This document shows, one piece after another, positions 19,031-28,911 of a stretch of DNA of 57,608 nucleotides; position 1 is the first letter of the stretch; every line of letters begins with the position of its first letter. The translations under genes and the position numbers were made by a program. The notes beneath the pieces are model-generated. The model had not been told where the DNA came from and searched no databases. It saw only the letters and a program-made list of their open reading frames with translations. Source of the DNA: an uncultured virus (IMG/VR IMGVR_UViG_3300027963_000045) (taxonomy: Duplodnaviria > Heunggongvirae > Uroviricota > Caudoviricetes); IMG/VR virus record IMGVR_UViG_3300027963_000045. One strand, given 5' to 3'.

Positions 19031-21829
19031 TTATGGTTCTCTTACTAGTCCATCATTGTAACCAGTTATGTTGCCCAGGGCATCAACTGCCACTGGATCA
19101 TTACTGGTTGGGGGTGGAGTAAGTCTATTGTTGGTGCCTGCAACTGTCAATATTGAAGTGGCATCATCTGTGCCTATTGGATCTGTAGCTGCCGCTGTAG
19201 GAGACGATAGTATGCCATTACTTGCACCTGCAGAATTCAATCGCTCAAGTCGTGCTGTTTCGGCCGCTGACTCGTCTGGTGCGTCCCTTGATGCTGTTGC
19301 ATCAGGCTGTGTGCCGGTTGCGGCAGCTTGATCAACAGCGGCCAAATTTTGTGTGGTAGTGACAACAGACTCAGGAAACAGCAACAATGCACCTTCAAGA
19401 TCTTGGGTAAATTTTCCCCGGGAAAAATGACTGGTAACAAATGTTGATTTGTAAATGTAGCTTTGAGACGGCGTCTGTTGACCCGCACCATTCATCAATC
19501 CTGTTTGTATATTGTAATCTGTTGGTTTTTGCCAGGCTATTTCAAACAATGCTTCTCGTGCATCAAAGTTAATGGTACCATCAGGCAGCCAAGCGTCAAA
19601 AAATGCATCGTATGATTGATCGCTGTTGGTTGTAGTTGATCTTACACCTGACCAAAGTTCGCCTTGTTGTATCCATGCAGGATCGCCAACAATGGTAATT
19701 TTACATTGTCCTTGATTTGACACACTGTACAAATAATCTGCGGCATTGGCTCCTGGTTCATTTTGATCGTCTGGCATACCTTGCGAACTTTGCGGACTGT
19801 TGGGCGAAAACAATCTCTTTTCTACTTCGCGATAGTCTATGTTGTTTTTGAGAGACTTGGCCTTAGTCTTTGTATTAATTGTGGTATAATACGCATAGTC
19901 AAAGTCTTGTTCAAAATTCAATACGGATGTGTTTTCGCCGGTGAACCAATAGCTATATTTTTTCTGTACTCCGCGAAAACGTCCTTGCGGAAAATATTCG
20001 CTTTTCATGTCATTAACGCCATACGGTGCTATCTCGTATGTTATTTCATAAGCGTAATCACGGCGTTTTGGGTCTTGCTTTAATGGTTTGGCTTGCACAC
20101 CAATTTTGTACCAGGCAAACACATTGCCAGATGTGGCCTGTGGCACATCGTTGTTGTCTTTATCAATAATTTTGGTTTGTTGCTTGTAAATGTAGTCACT
20201 ACTGCGAATTGCAAGATCTAAAAATTGCACAATTGATGTACCAGCAACAGCACTAACGGTTTTTGCTCGGTTGTCTATTGACTGTTTTTCACCATCTTTG
20301 GCTTCGGCGGCAGTGTTTGCATTGGTCATTGGTTTAGTTTGTTTGACTTGACCACCAGGTGGGACTATACTGGCATTTGCAATCTGCGGATGACTGATAA
20401 CAACCTTGTACACATCAGCCACATCCTGTACGCCTTGGGTAACCAGTTCAGCTTGGTATTTGTTCAATGCTTGTGTTAATCCAGATATCAAAGTTGTTGT
20501 TGGAGCATTGCCTGCATTTTCAGGTGGCGTATTTGTTTGCTGAGTATCTCTATCTGTTTGTTGTGTTGTCTGGGTAGTGGTGTATGATAGATTTCCAGAA
20601 AATAATTTATCCAAGGTTGTGGCAGTGAGTTCAATGTTGTAAGGAATAGTTCCGCGGCCCTGACTGGTAGCAATTACGTTTTGTGGGCATACGCAATTAC
20701 ATGCATACTCAGTTAGTTTGTTTTGTACTCTAAATTTGATACCTGTAAATTGAAATGGTATTAATTTTTCAACTAAGGCACTAGAATCAGTTTTTCCATA
20801 GGGATCATTATAACTTGCTGGTGGGGTAATTAGTTTACCGTTCTCATCATAACCGTAAAACCGAATAGCCATGAGATAATTTTCGGCGCCATAGTTCGTA
20901 CCTTGGTTACCACTGCCGTTGACGGAATTAGTTCCTCCACCACCGCTGTTGTATTCTCTTGACGCTTTGTACAAATTGTCTAATAACGAAATACCATTAG
21001 GTTCAATTATTTTAAATTTTAGTTCGGCCACATTGTGTGCGCCGCCTGTGCCTTTGCCTGGACAAAAAGTTTTTATTTCAACATCATCAATATAATAATC
21101 TAACGGAAAATATTGATTTCTTCCTTGTATAGCACTCAATGTACCTGGATCAAACTCGTTGAGTTGACCGCCCACGATGTTTGACGATAAGGGTGCACCA
21201 GCACTTTGCATCAATAGTGTGTTAGTCCCAATATATCGTTTTTTGCTCGTTAACATTCGACGATAATCTTCTGGACTCATCAAGTAAATGCTTATCGAGT
21301 AGGTATAGCTAGCGGCTTGGTCAAGAATGTTTGCTCTTGGTGTGACTGCTCTCCCAGTTTTGTTTGCCAGTGTTACAACTTCATTGCTGCCTGTGGGGCT
21401 GTCAGCAGTGGGACTAACATTTTTATCAGCCGCATCTTCATTTGAAGCACCAGCACCAGTTGTATTTGTTGGTGTTGCAGAAGATCCTCCGGTGTACAAC
21501 CCATCTGTTGTGTTGTTTGTTGTGTTGTTGGTAGGATCTAATTCATTCGCATTGTATTCTGTGCCCGCACCCGGTAATGTTGTTGGGTCCGGTATTGAAA
21601 AGTCACTGGATATCGGTGGGGTTGATTGTAATAAGGAAATGTTTCTAATAGGCGCATCAACTCCTGCATCATCGTTTGCAATAAAACGATCAGCATTAGT
21701 AGGCAGAGGTGTAGGTACAAATATACTATTCTGTGGCTCTGGAATCTGTGTGTTTGATGAGTTTACACGAGCAGCCTGGCTGGCAGCAACAATATCACCA
21801 GATCCAAATACAGGTGGGGTGGTTGCCAT
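19031..21829 (-). CDS. Putative baseplate hub protein (gp27-like) with low-complexity termini
   Basis: Position between gp53 and gp5; C-terminal ITIVGDP and SHFSRGKFTQDL motifs resemble hub proteins. Confidence 0.6.
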   Translation of the reverse strand: MATTPPVFGSGDIVAASQAARVNSSNTQIPEPQNSIFVPTPLPTNADRFIANDDAGVDAPIRNISLLQSTPPISSDFSIPDPTTLPGAGTEYNANELDPTNNTTNNTTDGLYTGGSSATPTNTTGAGASNEDAADKNVSPTADSPTGSNEVVTLANKTGRAVTPRANILDQAASYTYSISIYLMSPEDYRRMLTSKKRYIGTNTLLMQSAGAPLSSNIVGGQLNEFDPGTLSAIQGRNQYFPLDYYIDDVEIKTFCPGKGTGGAHNVAELKFKIIEPNGISLLDNLYKASREYNSGGGGTNSVNGSGNQGTNYGAENYLMAIRFYGYDENGKLITPPASYNDPYGKTDSSALVEKLIPFQFTGIKFRVQNKLTEYACNCVCPQNVIATSQGRGTIPYNIELTATTLDKLFSGNLSYTTTQTTQQTDRDTQQTNTPPENAGNAPTTTLISGLTQALNKYQAELVTQGVQDVADVYKVVISHPQIANASIVPPGGQVKQTKPMTNANTAAEAKDGEKQSIDNRAKTVSAVAGTSIVQFLDLAIRSSDYIYKQQTKIIDKDNNDVPQATSGNVFAWYKIGVQAKPLKQDPKRRDYAYEITYEIAPYGVNDMKSEYFPQGRFRGVQKKYSYWFTGENTSVLNFEQDFDYAYYTTINTKTKAKSLKNNIDYREVEKRLFSPNSPQSSQGMPDDQNEPGANAADYLYSVSNQGQCKITIVGDPAWIQQGELWSGVRSTTTNSDQSYDAFFDAWLPDGTINFDAREALFEIAWQKPTDYNIQTGLMNGAGQQTPSQSYIYKSTFVTSHFSRGKFTQDLEGALLLFPESVVTTTQNLAAVDQAAATGTQPDATASRDAPDESAAETARLERLNSAGASNGILSSPTAAATDPIGTDDATSILTVAGTNNRLTPPPTSNDPVAVDALGNITGYNDGLVREP

Positions 21830-21832
21830 AAA

Positions 21833-22135
21833 TTAAAATCCTAATGCAGTTCGTAGTGTGGTAATCTTGGGCAAGTAGATATTTGTGCCTGCTTTGAAAT
21901 CCCAAGGTGGTGCAGTCAAGGTGTTTGGGTTGCGTTGATAAAACACCCACCATAATCCAGGATTGTTATACAAGTCATAAGCCAACAAGTCTGGGCGATA
22001 CTCATAGGTTTGATTTATTTTAAAATACACATCGTCGTTTTCTCGAGGTATGGCTCTGTTGACCATGCTGTCAAGATAAAACTGCGTAAACGGTGTTAAG
22101 AAATAAGGACTTGTGGTGTTGTAGGTTGCGGACAT
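21833..22135 (-). CDS. gp53: Baseplate wedge subunit, gp53-like (LysM-like)
   Basis: RPDLLAYDLY..P.LWWV motif; synteny. Confidence 0.85.
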   Translation of the reverse strand: MSATYNTTSPYFLTPFTQFYLDSMVNRAIPRENDDVYFKINQTYEYRPDLLAYDLYNNPGLWWVFYQRNPNTLTAPPWDFKAGTNIYLPKITTLRTALGF

Positions 22136-24996
22136 TACCAGAATCCTCCCTTGAGCAAATCACCATTGGCAAACTGTTTAACACTGAATTGTTTGCTGAC
22201 CTGTTGTCTTGTTTGCATTGGCAACAGTGTAATTGTCAAATCAATTTTTGTGGGCACATAGCTTGGATTGTTTGTGCCTAAAGTTGGCACTGGTGGTGGT
22301 GTTGTTAGTGCGCCGGGTTTTAATCCGCCCTGGCTGGCATTTGCTAATCGCAACAATGATGCCCAAGCTGGTGTTGTTTGTATCCTTGATCTATCACGTC
22401 GTTGTAACAAGTTAGTACCGTCAATATTCGCTGTTCTTGCACGAATATAATCTACATTGTTTGGCAGAGTATACTGGAAGTTTTTAATCACACACGGATG
22501 TAAATTAAATTGGAACTCACCTAGTCCTTGCAAGAACACCATTGGGGGCGGTGCGCCTCGTTGTGCATCCTGCCCATAAAACATCTTGGTGGCACTGCGG
22601 AAAAAGTGAATCACTGCTAACAAATAGTTAGCTTCTTGTGTGTCTTGTGCTGTAAATGTTGCTTGAATTTGTATGTCATCAACATGACTACTTTGATAAA
22701 AATGTCCGCGATAGTTTGAGTGTGTAAGGTCATAACTGTTGTAGTTGGCCGCATACGATGTAGATATCTGTGGAGTGTAAGGAAACACAACACCGTCTGA
22801 CACTGCCAATGGGTACAGTATGCCGTCTTGTGTTATTTCTGGATCCTTGTACAAATAATCGGCAGCTCCTGCTAGACGCAGTTTTACACGCCAGTCGCCT
22901 TCGTTGGCCTGTTTACGCTGTGCTTCAATCGCGGCTTGACTTCTTGCACGATTTGTTGCGGCTTGAATCAGTGCTGATTCACGACTGGCGGCAGCACTGG
23001 CCAGTGTTTCTGGGTCAATGTAACCAGCTCCCACATAATACGGCTCGCCAGTTTCAGGATTAATGGCCCATCCAGGATTTAAATTACCGTCATCATCATA
23101 TGGCGTGCCATTTGGATAGTAACCCTGGTCTGTGTTTGTTGTTGTGGTATCGTCTGTGACAATTTCTTCGCCTGGAGACAATGTGTCTTCGAGTGTTATG
23201 TCTTGATCCTCAGGCACTGTTCTTAACCCAGTTACAGTTTCTGCAGTGAACCCAGCATCGGCTTCGGCGGCTGCAGAATCTACCAAGGATACATTTTTTG
23301 CAACAAAGTTTATTTGGTCAGGTGGTGGATCTCCTTCTTCACTACCGCCACCACCGCCATTGCCACTGATCAAGTTGTACCCTGTAACAACCAAGTTCAC
23401 TTGTGGGATTAATAATCGTGCTAGGGCCAATGCAGTTTCTGCAGGCGATAAATCTACATTGGTTACAATATCTCCAAGTTTTACCACTTTGTTTGCTGTA
23501 CCAATTGCGCCAGTGATCTGGCCATAGCCTGGTATTTGATTCAATGCTAGATTAATAGCCTTATCAATCAACTTCTCAAGTATAGGTCCTTGATTAGGTA
23601 TCCCCAAGGAGTCTCTAATGGCTTTTGACACGCTGGTGTTGGCAGTGACTTCAACTGTTTGAATTGCAGTATCACCTTCATCTAAGGTGGGCAGAGTTAT
23701 GTCTGTTGCCACCTCAGCGCCGACATTAATATTGGTTTGTCGATCAATAATTTGACCAGTCTTATCTTCTGCTACTCCTGCGCCCTGTGTGTTGATTGCA
23801 TTTTGTGTTTGCACCAACGCTTCAATAGCTTGAATTTGTTCCTCACTGATGCTGCCGTTTTCAGTAATATATCGTGCAACCAATTCATTAGTGATACGCT
23901 GTGTGGTGTCTAGTTCAAGCGTGTTGTTGGCTACAGTGTATGGTACTAAGGTTGTAGCCGATGGTGCAATTAGTGTTCCGCCTGGCTGATCAAACCCAGT
24001 TACAAGATTGTTAAATGTGCTTCCTAATCCAGAGTCATTTATTATAGATTTTTCTGCTGGAGTAAGTTGATCAAAAAAACTGTTAACTAAGGCTTCTTTG
24101 GCTTGCGCCAATGTAACTGGACTTGTGTCACTGATTGACATATTTCGCACAGTGTTGATTACATCCTGTGCTTGATTAAGAGTATCTCTAGTGAGAACTG
24201 CAACATCCAGGCCGTCTGACACTACTCTTTGTAATGCTCTACGCTCTTCAGTAGTTAGGGCAAATCCGTTCCCATCAGCTTCCAGCAAATTACCAGCTAG
24301 ATTTGCATTTTGAATTGCTAGGCTGCGGCCTGCGGCAGTGTTTAAGTTAGGTGTGCTATACACAAGTTCTGTTAGTTCTGTCTCAAGCGCCAGATCTAAT
24401 TGTGCTTGTGTTTCCCCTGACAATCCAGTGGCAACACTGTCAGCAACTGTAGTCGAATCTGCTGTTTTGATTTGTACGTTAAATTGATTAACCGACAGCG
24501 GCACATTGAGTGATTGTCCATCGTCAGCTCTAGTCAATATAGTGTTGTCAATTGTGTCTAATATAGGATACGTGTCATCTACACCTTGTGTGTTGGCAAT
24601 TACTGTGGCAGTCAATGTTTGAATTTCAGCAATAGAGCCCAGGGCGTTGAACTGCGTTGTCAAGTATGTGTCTGATCCAGCTTGAATGTTATAATACGTA
24701 TTATCCAAGGTCAGTGACTGGGCGCCTCCGGTGTTGGGATTGGCAAACCCGCTGACAGCATTGTTAGTATAGTCAACACCAATTTGGTAGTTTGCTGTGC
24801 CTACAATGGATTGATCTTGGGTAAATCCCGACGTTGTTGAGCTAGTAAGAAATGGGTTAGATGTAAATCCATCAAATCCCGACACAGTGGTGCCTTGGTA
24901 TGTGACATTTTGTCCAGCATAACCCGAACCGCCTATCGAATTAAAGCCGGTGTTAGAATCATATGTGCCATAGCTATAGCTAAAATCGTCACCCAT
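22135..24996 (-). CDS. Baseplate tail-tube cap/initiator (gp48/gp54-like C-terminal domain) with a ~700-aa N-terminal extension
   Basis: C-terminal FPYTP.I...Y.ANY, FTAQ...EA.YLLA..HF.RS.TKMF.G, G.PPP...L motifs. The start is more likely ATG 24996 (MGDDFSY), downstream of a TAAATA motif and AAGG, than 25062. Confidence 0.65.
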   Translation of the reverse strand: MGDDFSYSYGTYDSNTGFNSIGGSGYAGQNVTYQGTTVSGFDGFTSNPFLTSSTTSGFTQDQSIVGTANYQIGVDYTNNAVSGFANPNTGGAQSLTLDNTYYNIQAGSDTYLTTQFNALGSIAEIQTLTATVIANTQGVDDTYPILDTIDNTILTRADDGQSLNVPLSVNQFNVQIKTADSTTVADSVATGLSGETQAQLDLALETELTELVYSTPNLNTAAGRSLAIQNANLAGNLLEADGNGFALTTEERRALQRVVSDGLDVAVLTRDTLNQAQDVINTVRNMSISDTSPVTLAQAKEALVNSFFDQLTPAEKSIINDSGLGSTFNNLVTGFDQPGGTLIAPSATTLVPYTVANNTLELDTTQRITNELVARYITENGSISEEQIQAIEALVQTQNAINTQGAGVAEDKTGQIIDRQTNINVGAEVATDITLPTLDEGDTAIQTVEVTANTSVSKAIRDSLGIPNQGPILEKLIDKAINLALNQIPGYGQITGAIGTANKVVKLGDIVTNVDLSPAETALALARLLIPQVNLVVTGYNLISGNGGGGGSEEGDPPPDQINFVAKNVSLVDSAAAEADAGFTAETVTGLRTVPEDQDITLEDTLSPGEEIVTDDTTTTNTDQGYYPNGTPYDDDGNLNPGWAINPETGEPYYVGAGYIDPETLASAAASRESALIQAATNRARSQAAIEAQRKQANEGDWRVKLRLAGAADYLYKDPEITQDGILYPLAVSDGVVFPYTPQISTSYAANYNSYDLTHSNYRGHFYQSSHVDDIQIQATFTAQDTQEANYLLAVIHFFRSATKMFYGQDAQRGAPPPMVFLQGLGEFQFNLHPCVIKNFQYTLPNNVDYIRARTANIDGTNLLQRRDRSRIQTTPAWASLLRLANASQGGLKPGALTTPPPVPTLGTNNPSYVPTKIDLTITLLPMQTRQQVSKQFSVKQFANGDLLKGGFW

Positions 24997-25055
24997 GTGT
25001 TGTGTACCTTTGTAATATTTACCTAAAAAATAAACAGCATACATTAAGAAAAAGG

Positions 25056-25083
25056 TTGACAACTGTCGTTTTTCTGCTACAAT
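25056..25083 (+). promoter_or_regulatory. Host sigma70-type promoter for the late sigma factor operon
   Basis: TTGACA (25056-25061), 16-nt spacer ending in TGc, TACAAT (25078-25083); followed by an AGGAG SD. Confidence 0.7.
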
Positions 25084-25110
25084 AAATACATATAGGAGAC
25101 TTACTCAACC

Positions 25111-26010
25111 ATGAGTTTAATACCAAAATCGGCACCTCGTGTCAATTACCTCAACAACAAAGATATCTTGAAAGAGATTCATCTAAGCAAAAAAACATAC
25201 TGTAGCTTTATTGACCCCGACAACGATCATCAGTACGACATTATTTTGTCCAATATAACCAAGATAAATCAACGCACTATTGCTGAAGCTAGACGCAACA
25301 GAGCTGCCAGGTTAACCAAAGAAACTGGTGTTGAAGTCAACGAAAAACACATACCAAACACTGATCTAGTGTTTAGGGTAATGACATGGGAGCATATTCC
25401 CATGGCGCCTAAAAAGCTACCCAAGAACGCTGTTAAAAAACGAAAGCTGGAAGATATTTTAGAGTTCGACGACTTGCCGCCAATTTATCCTGTGGAAGAT
25501 TTAGTCGAAGAACCAATTGGTGATCCCACTCATGTACGAGTTAACTTCCCACCGTTCTGGCATTATAGAGTTACTGATCACAAAATCCCTTATGTAGTGG
25601 GAAAAAGTCACTGGAAGGGCGATTTAGAAACTGGAGAGTACAGTCGAGATCATGGACAAATGACACGTAAGTTGGCCATGATGTTTATGAAATTATGCGA
25701 ACGATATGCAACAAGATCAAACTGGCGTGGATATACCTACAACGAAGAAATGCGGGGACAAGCCCTGTTACAACTCAGTCAAATCGGCTTGCAATTTGAC
25801 GAATCAAAATCGCAGAACCCTTTTGCGTATTATACTGCCGCTATCACTAATAGCTTTACTCGTATCTTGAATATTGAAAAGAAGATGCAAAACATCCGCG
25901 ATGACATTTTGGAGATGAACGGACTTAACCCATCATGGACTCGTCAAAATTCTGGCAAGGCTGGCATGGCAGCCATGTCCGGTCCGGTCGTAAGTAGTTT
26001 GGATGAATAG
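25111..26010 (+). CDS. gp55: Late transcription sigma factor, gp55-like
   Basis: NYLNNKD N-terminus, NWRGYTYNEEM and FD.SKSQNPFAYYT motifs; directly upstream of gp47. Confidence 0.88.
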   Translation: MSLIPKSAPRVNYLNNKDILKEIHLSKKTYCSFIDPDNDHQYDIILSNITKINQRTIAEARRNRAARLTKETGVEVNEKHIPNTDLVFRVMTWEHIPMAPKKLPKNAVKKRKLEDILEFDDLPPIYPVEDLVEEPIGDPTHVRVNFPPFWHYRVTDHKIPYVVGKSHWKGDLETGEYSRDHGQMTRKLAMMFMKLCERYATRSNWRGYTYNEEMRGQALLQLSQIGLQFDESKSQNPFAYYTAAITNSFTRILNIEKKMQNIRDDILEMNGLNPSWTRQNSGKAGMAAMSGPVVSSLDE

Positions 26011-26022
26011 TATAATTTGTAG

Positions 26023-27039
26023 ATGAGTAATCTATTTAAAAAAGCCGCCATCTTTACTGACATTCACTTTGGATTGAAGTCAAACAGCACGTTACACAAC
26101 GAGGACTGTTTGGCTTTTGTAAAGTGGGCCACTGCCAAAGCACGTGAAGAAGGGTGCGAAACCTGCATATTTTTAGGTGACTGGCACAACAACCGTGCCA
26201 GTTTAAACATTGTGACCTTAAACTACAGTCTTCGTGCCCTAGAGCACATGAATAACAATTTTGATCGCGTATATTTTATTCCCGGTAATCACGACTTGTA
26301 CTATCGAGACAAGCGCGACATACAAAGTGTAGAGTGGGCAAAACATCTTCCCAATGTTGAAATTTGCAACGATTGGTTCTCCAGTGGTGATGTGGTTATT
26401 GCTCCATGGCTTGTGGCCGATGACCACAAACGTATTCCCAAACTAAAAGGCAAATACATGTTTGGGCATTTTGAATTGCCCGGATACTTGATGAACGCCA
26501 TGGTAGAAATGCCGGACCATGGCGAAGTGCGGCGCGAAGACTTCAACAATTTTGAACATGTGTTCACCGGACACTTTCATAAACGGCAGACCAAAAAAAA
26601 TATTACCTACATCGGCAATGCATTTCCACACAACTATGCTGATGCCGGGGACGATGAACGTGGATTGACTATTTTAGAGTGGGGCAAAGAAGCTGTATAT
26701 CATGCTTGGCCCGATCAACCACGATATCGAGTACTGGGTCTAGCCAACTTGATTGATAATGCTGCCAGTTTGTTACTGCCCAAAATGCATGTGCGAGTAA
26801 GCATTGACATTGAGATCAGTTACGAAGAGGCCAACTTTATCAAAGAAACATTTATCACACAATACGGTCTTAGAGAGATGGCTCTAATCCCCAATAAAAC
26901 TGCCGGGGTTGATGTTGATATCTCACCAGGCGAGATTAAATTTGAATCAGTAGATCAAATTGTTATTGACCAGATTACCAATATTGAATCCGCACACTAC
27001 GACACTAAACTACTGATGCAAATATACCAGTCACTGTAA
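26023..27039 (+). CDS. gp47: Recombination endonuclease subunit (Mre11/SbcD-like)
   Basis: Metallophosphoesterase motifs DIHFG, GDWH, GNHD, GHF, GHFH. Confidence 0.93.
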   Translation: MSNLFKKAAIFTDIHFGLKSNSTLHNEDCLAFVKWATAKAREEGCETCIFLGDWHNNRASLNIVTLNYSLRALEHMNNNFDRVYFIPGNHDLYYRDKRDIQSVEWAKHLPNVEICNDWFSSGDVVIAPWLVADDHKRIPKLKGKYMFGHFELPGYLMNAMVEMPDHGEVRREDFNNFEHVFTGHFHKRQTKKNITYIGNAFPHNYADAGDDERGLTILEWGKEAVYHAWPDQPRYRVLGLANLIDNAASLLLPKMHVRVSIDIEISYEEANFIKETFITQYGLREMALIPNKTAGVDVDISPGEIKFESVDQIVIDQITNIESAHYDTKLLMQIYQSL

Positions 27040-27044
27040 GGTAT

Positions 27045-28085
27045 ATGAAATCATTATTAAACAAATCATCCAAGGTGCAACGAGTATACATCGGTAGCAC
27101 CGACATGTATCTATCGCATGCTGTTGCCAAACAAGAGCCTGAAGCTGTATTGTGTGATAGCATTGAATTTGCTCAAATCAAAAAACGCAAATCCTCATCC
27201 AGTGTGTTTTACACTGCTATCGGTGATTTAACACTAGACGAAGCTCACGAATTACTAGGCCTAGCTGTAGAAATTGTGTATATCAAACCACCAATCCCTT
27301 GGCAGGATCAAGAGTCAAAAACACAAACCATGGAATTGTTAAACTATTACTCAGATAAAGTAATAGACGGTGCTCAAGACATAGATCGATATAGGTTGTA
27401 TTTTAAACAGTTACTAAATCTAGAAGAATCTAGGTCCAATGCCAATACGCATTTGTTTGTTGCTGGCTGTAGCGTGGCTCGTGGTATGTTTGTTGAGTCA
27501 CATGAATCTTTTGGGCATTTGGTTGCACAAGAACTAGGCGTTCCCATGGTTAACTTAGCTCACAGTGGTGGAAGTATTTCGTGGAGTGCTGACCAAATCT
27601 TAAGATCTGACATTCGTGCAGGCGATATTGTTATTTGGGCCCTTAGTGGTATACATCGAGTAACATGGTTACAAACTGTGCATGATCGAGGGGTTGAGTT
27701 ATTGGATTCTGTGTTTTGCAATCCATCATCAGATGTCAAACGCTATCGTGCTAGGATTAAAGATAACAATTTTGAAACAGTACAACGTTTAATGACAACT
27801 GGTGAACAACACCAACTGCTGACTGCAATCAAAACAATTATGCAAGTAAAAAATTTTTGTAACAAAGTAGGAGCACGGTTGCTGTTTGCCCCACTACCTT
27901 ACTCAGGTGCAGAGAATATTGCAACATTACGAGATGTTTTTTCCAAGGTAGATGGTTGGGTTGATATAGATTTTTTTAACAAGGATAGTCCTTACTGGAC
28001 TGACTTTGGCAGCGATGGAAAACATCCTGGACCAGTTAGTCATCAACAAATTGCCAACGCATTCATTAAGGGTTTAGTTGAGTAA
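27045..28085 (+). CDS. SGNH/GDSL hydrolase-like protein
   Basis: AGCS.A.G block I, NLA.SGGS block II, C-terminal DGKHPG (DxxH). Confidence 0.65.
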   Translation: MKSLLNKSSKVQRVYIGSTDMYLSHAVAKQEPEAVLCDSIEFAQIKKRKSSSSVFYTAIGDLTLDEAHELLGLAVEIVYIKPPIPWQDQESKTQTMELLNYYSDKVIDGAQDIDRYRLYFKQLLNLEESRSNANTHLFVAGCSVARGMFVESHESFGHLVAQELGVPMVNLAHSGGSISWSADQILRSDIRAGDIVIWALSGIHRVTWLQTVHDRGVELLDSVFCNPSSDVKRYRARIKDNNFETVQRLMTTGEQHQLLTAIKTIMQVKNFCNKVGARLLFAPLPYSGAENIATLRDVFSKVDGWVDIDFFNKDSPYWTDFGSDGKHPGPVSHQQIANAFIKGLVE

Positions 28086-28911
28086 CATTTATTGTATTTG
28101 GTATCCATCAGGAGGATTTGGGCATTTTATCAATGCTGTAATATCCTTGCACGGTCACGGATTTGCTAGGCCAAACTCAACATTTGCATTGAGCTATAGT
28201 GGCAATAGTCATGAAGTTGAGTTAGTGGCTGACAAATACATACATGATCCCGATAGCTATTATTTTGAGTTTGACCCCAAACAAAAGTATTCAGTGTTAA
28301 TCGACAACGGCATTACCAACGAAGGTATAAAATTTAAACAACATTTTCCAACTGCAAAAATTATAAAAATTTGTTACAATGATGTTACCTGGCCTATTGT
28401 GGCAAGAACAACCATTGACAAAGCCATGAGTTCAACTATAGACTCAGAAATCGTTGTTGATTCTCAGTTGTGGCCCGGTGACGACTCATGGGCCAAACGA
28501 GAAAAATTCTATTTGTATCTTCGAGACCACAAGTTGCGCTGGCACTGGAAGCCCAGTGAAGACTGTTCAATTTTACAAATTGATCAGATGTTGTCATACA
28601 ATAAGTTAGTCAGTGGGCTAACAGCATGCGGTATTGACTTAGAGAATTTTGATACGGATTGGAACAGCTGGAGACAGGCCAACGATGTGTATATTCATCC
28701 AGTTGAATTGTCTTTGAAAATTATCAAATCAATTGCAGAACGCCAAAACATGAACCTTGAATCAACCAACGACTTGTGGACACAAGCTGTGGTGAATTAT
28801 TTTATTTGGCTACATTACGGCTTTGAAGTACCGGCCAATGATTACTCTAATTGGTTTACAAGCACAGAACAAATTGCTAAAATGCTAGATGGTAACGGGA
28901 TAAAACTTTGA
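28078..28911 (+). CDS. Hypothetical protein, possible P-loop/sulfotransferase-like fold
   Basis: Long ORF overlapping both neighbours; N-terminal IWYPSGGFGHFI glycine loop. Confidence 0.4.
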   Translation: MSNIYCIWYPSGGFGHFINAVISLHGHGFARPNSTFALSYSGNSHEVELVADKYIHDPDSYYFEFDPKQKYSVLIDNGITNEGIKFKQHFPTAKIIKICYNDVTWPIVARTTIDKAMSSTIDSEIVVDSQLWPGDDSWAKREKFYLYLRDHKLRWHWKPSEDCSILQIDQMLSYNKLVSGLTACGIDLENFDTDWNSWRQANDVYIHPVELSLKIIKSIAERQNMNLESTNDLWTQAVVNYFIWLHYGFEVPANDYSNWFTSTEQIAKMLDGNGIKL

